Shown here in pieces: positions 63,316 through 64,000 of a DNA stretch of 64,000 nucleotides (its first letter is position 1; the number at the start of each line of letters is the position of its first letter). This DNA comes from Aplysia californica (taxonomy: Eukaryota): assembly GCF_000002075.1 (NCBI RefSeq), contig NW_004797776.1, forward strand, positions 30,203 to 94,202. Direction: 5' to 3'. The translations under genes and the position numbers were made by a program. The notes beneath the pieces are model-generated. The model did no database searches. It was not told the DNA's origin and saw only the letters and a list, made by a program, of their open reading frames with translations.

Positions 63316-64000
63316 CCCTTAAAACCCTGAATTCTTTTTTTTCATACCTCCCTAGAATCCTGAATTAAAATTGAGATACTAGAAAAAATTTGGTTGGTTC
63401 ATTGTTTTGTTTACTGTGTTTTTAATTGTTGTTAGATTTTACTGAAGTTGTGAAAATGTTATTTATATGTGAATGCACAGTCTGGACAAAAGGGGAAAAG
63501 GTTAAAACACTGGTTTTTAGGACCAACTCTATGAGTTGAGTCTTGTGTGTGATCCCCGACTCCACTTCAGTCAAAGTATCATTAGACCCAGCCGTAAATC
63601 TAGCCTCTGGTAGCTTTAGTGGTGATCCCCTGCCAATTCCACTATCGTCAAAATCATCATCGATGTTATGCAGAACATAGCAATTGTCTTCAACGGTCAT
63701 ATTTATCGATATATCCGACTGGGAGATCATTATTGGGGTCTGATTAGGATTAAAAATGTCAAAAATTTTGCGGCCTGATGGGCCTGGCAGCGAAAAGTGA
63801 CTAATTTTTCTTAAAAACTCGCAAAATTTCCAAACTTTCGGTGTAGAACTGCTCTCATGACATTATCGGTACTTTCTGCTCGCGACAGAGTCATCTGGAG
63901 TTACATCCCCTGTTTCTAGCACTGGGAATTAAACGATAAAGTTGACCAGCAGTTACCAGCGGTATAGGAAAATACGGCGTCAGCGGTTACCAGCGGTATA
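63316..64000. mobile_element. Probable piggyBac-like element end, running off the window
   Basis: TTAA|CCC terminus, an acidic minus-strand ORF fragment, and CAGCGGTATAGG repeats also seen at ~58930-58980. The second TIR is not in the window. Confidence 0.4.

Noticed and set aside
63686-63706. INMTVED in ORF 63422-63730 is identical to a stretch of lectin exon 3
   Set aside because: There is no similarity outside 7 residues. The context is an acidic, transposon-like fragment, so I treat it as coincidence.

Overview
AT-rich, intron-rich animal DNA, most likely a sea hare (Aplysia-like gastropod; inferred from my recall of Aplysia egg lectin sequences). It has four assembly gaps: 6971-7070, 16018-16117, 19007-19142 and 29033-29826. 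(1) Bases 1-18 kb hold a recent tandem array of a 4-exon secreted lectin gene resembling Aplysia egg lectins (ADEL/AKL type). It encodes a signal peptide plus three DUF3011-like repeats, one per exon. Two copies are intact (237 aa) and a third is truncated by a ~4.85 kb deletion. (2) A decayed APE-RT-RNase H non-LTR retrotransposon follows, carrying a nested solo LTR and a SINE. (3) A complete minus-strand selenoprotein F (SELENOF/Sep15) gene has an in-frame TGA in the CGU motif and a clear SECIS hairpin in its 3' UTR; the ORF track misses most of it. (4) Head-to-head with it is the 5' part of ER alpha-1,2-mannosidase MAN1B1, which runs off the window end. Introns are packed with Sola1-like, piggyBac, Helitron, hAT-like, Harbinger-like and SINE elements. 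Most ORF-track entries are spurious. The best leads are the divergent SELENOF/MAN1B1 pair (both ER glycoprotein quality control, with an XBP1-like site and an overlapping uORF), a poly(A) hexamer inside the SECIS loop, and birth-and-death evolution of the lectin array.
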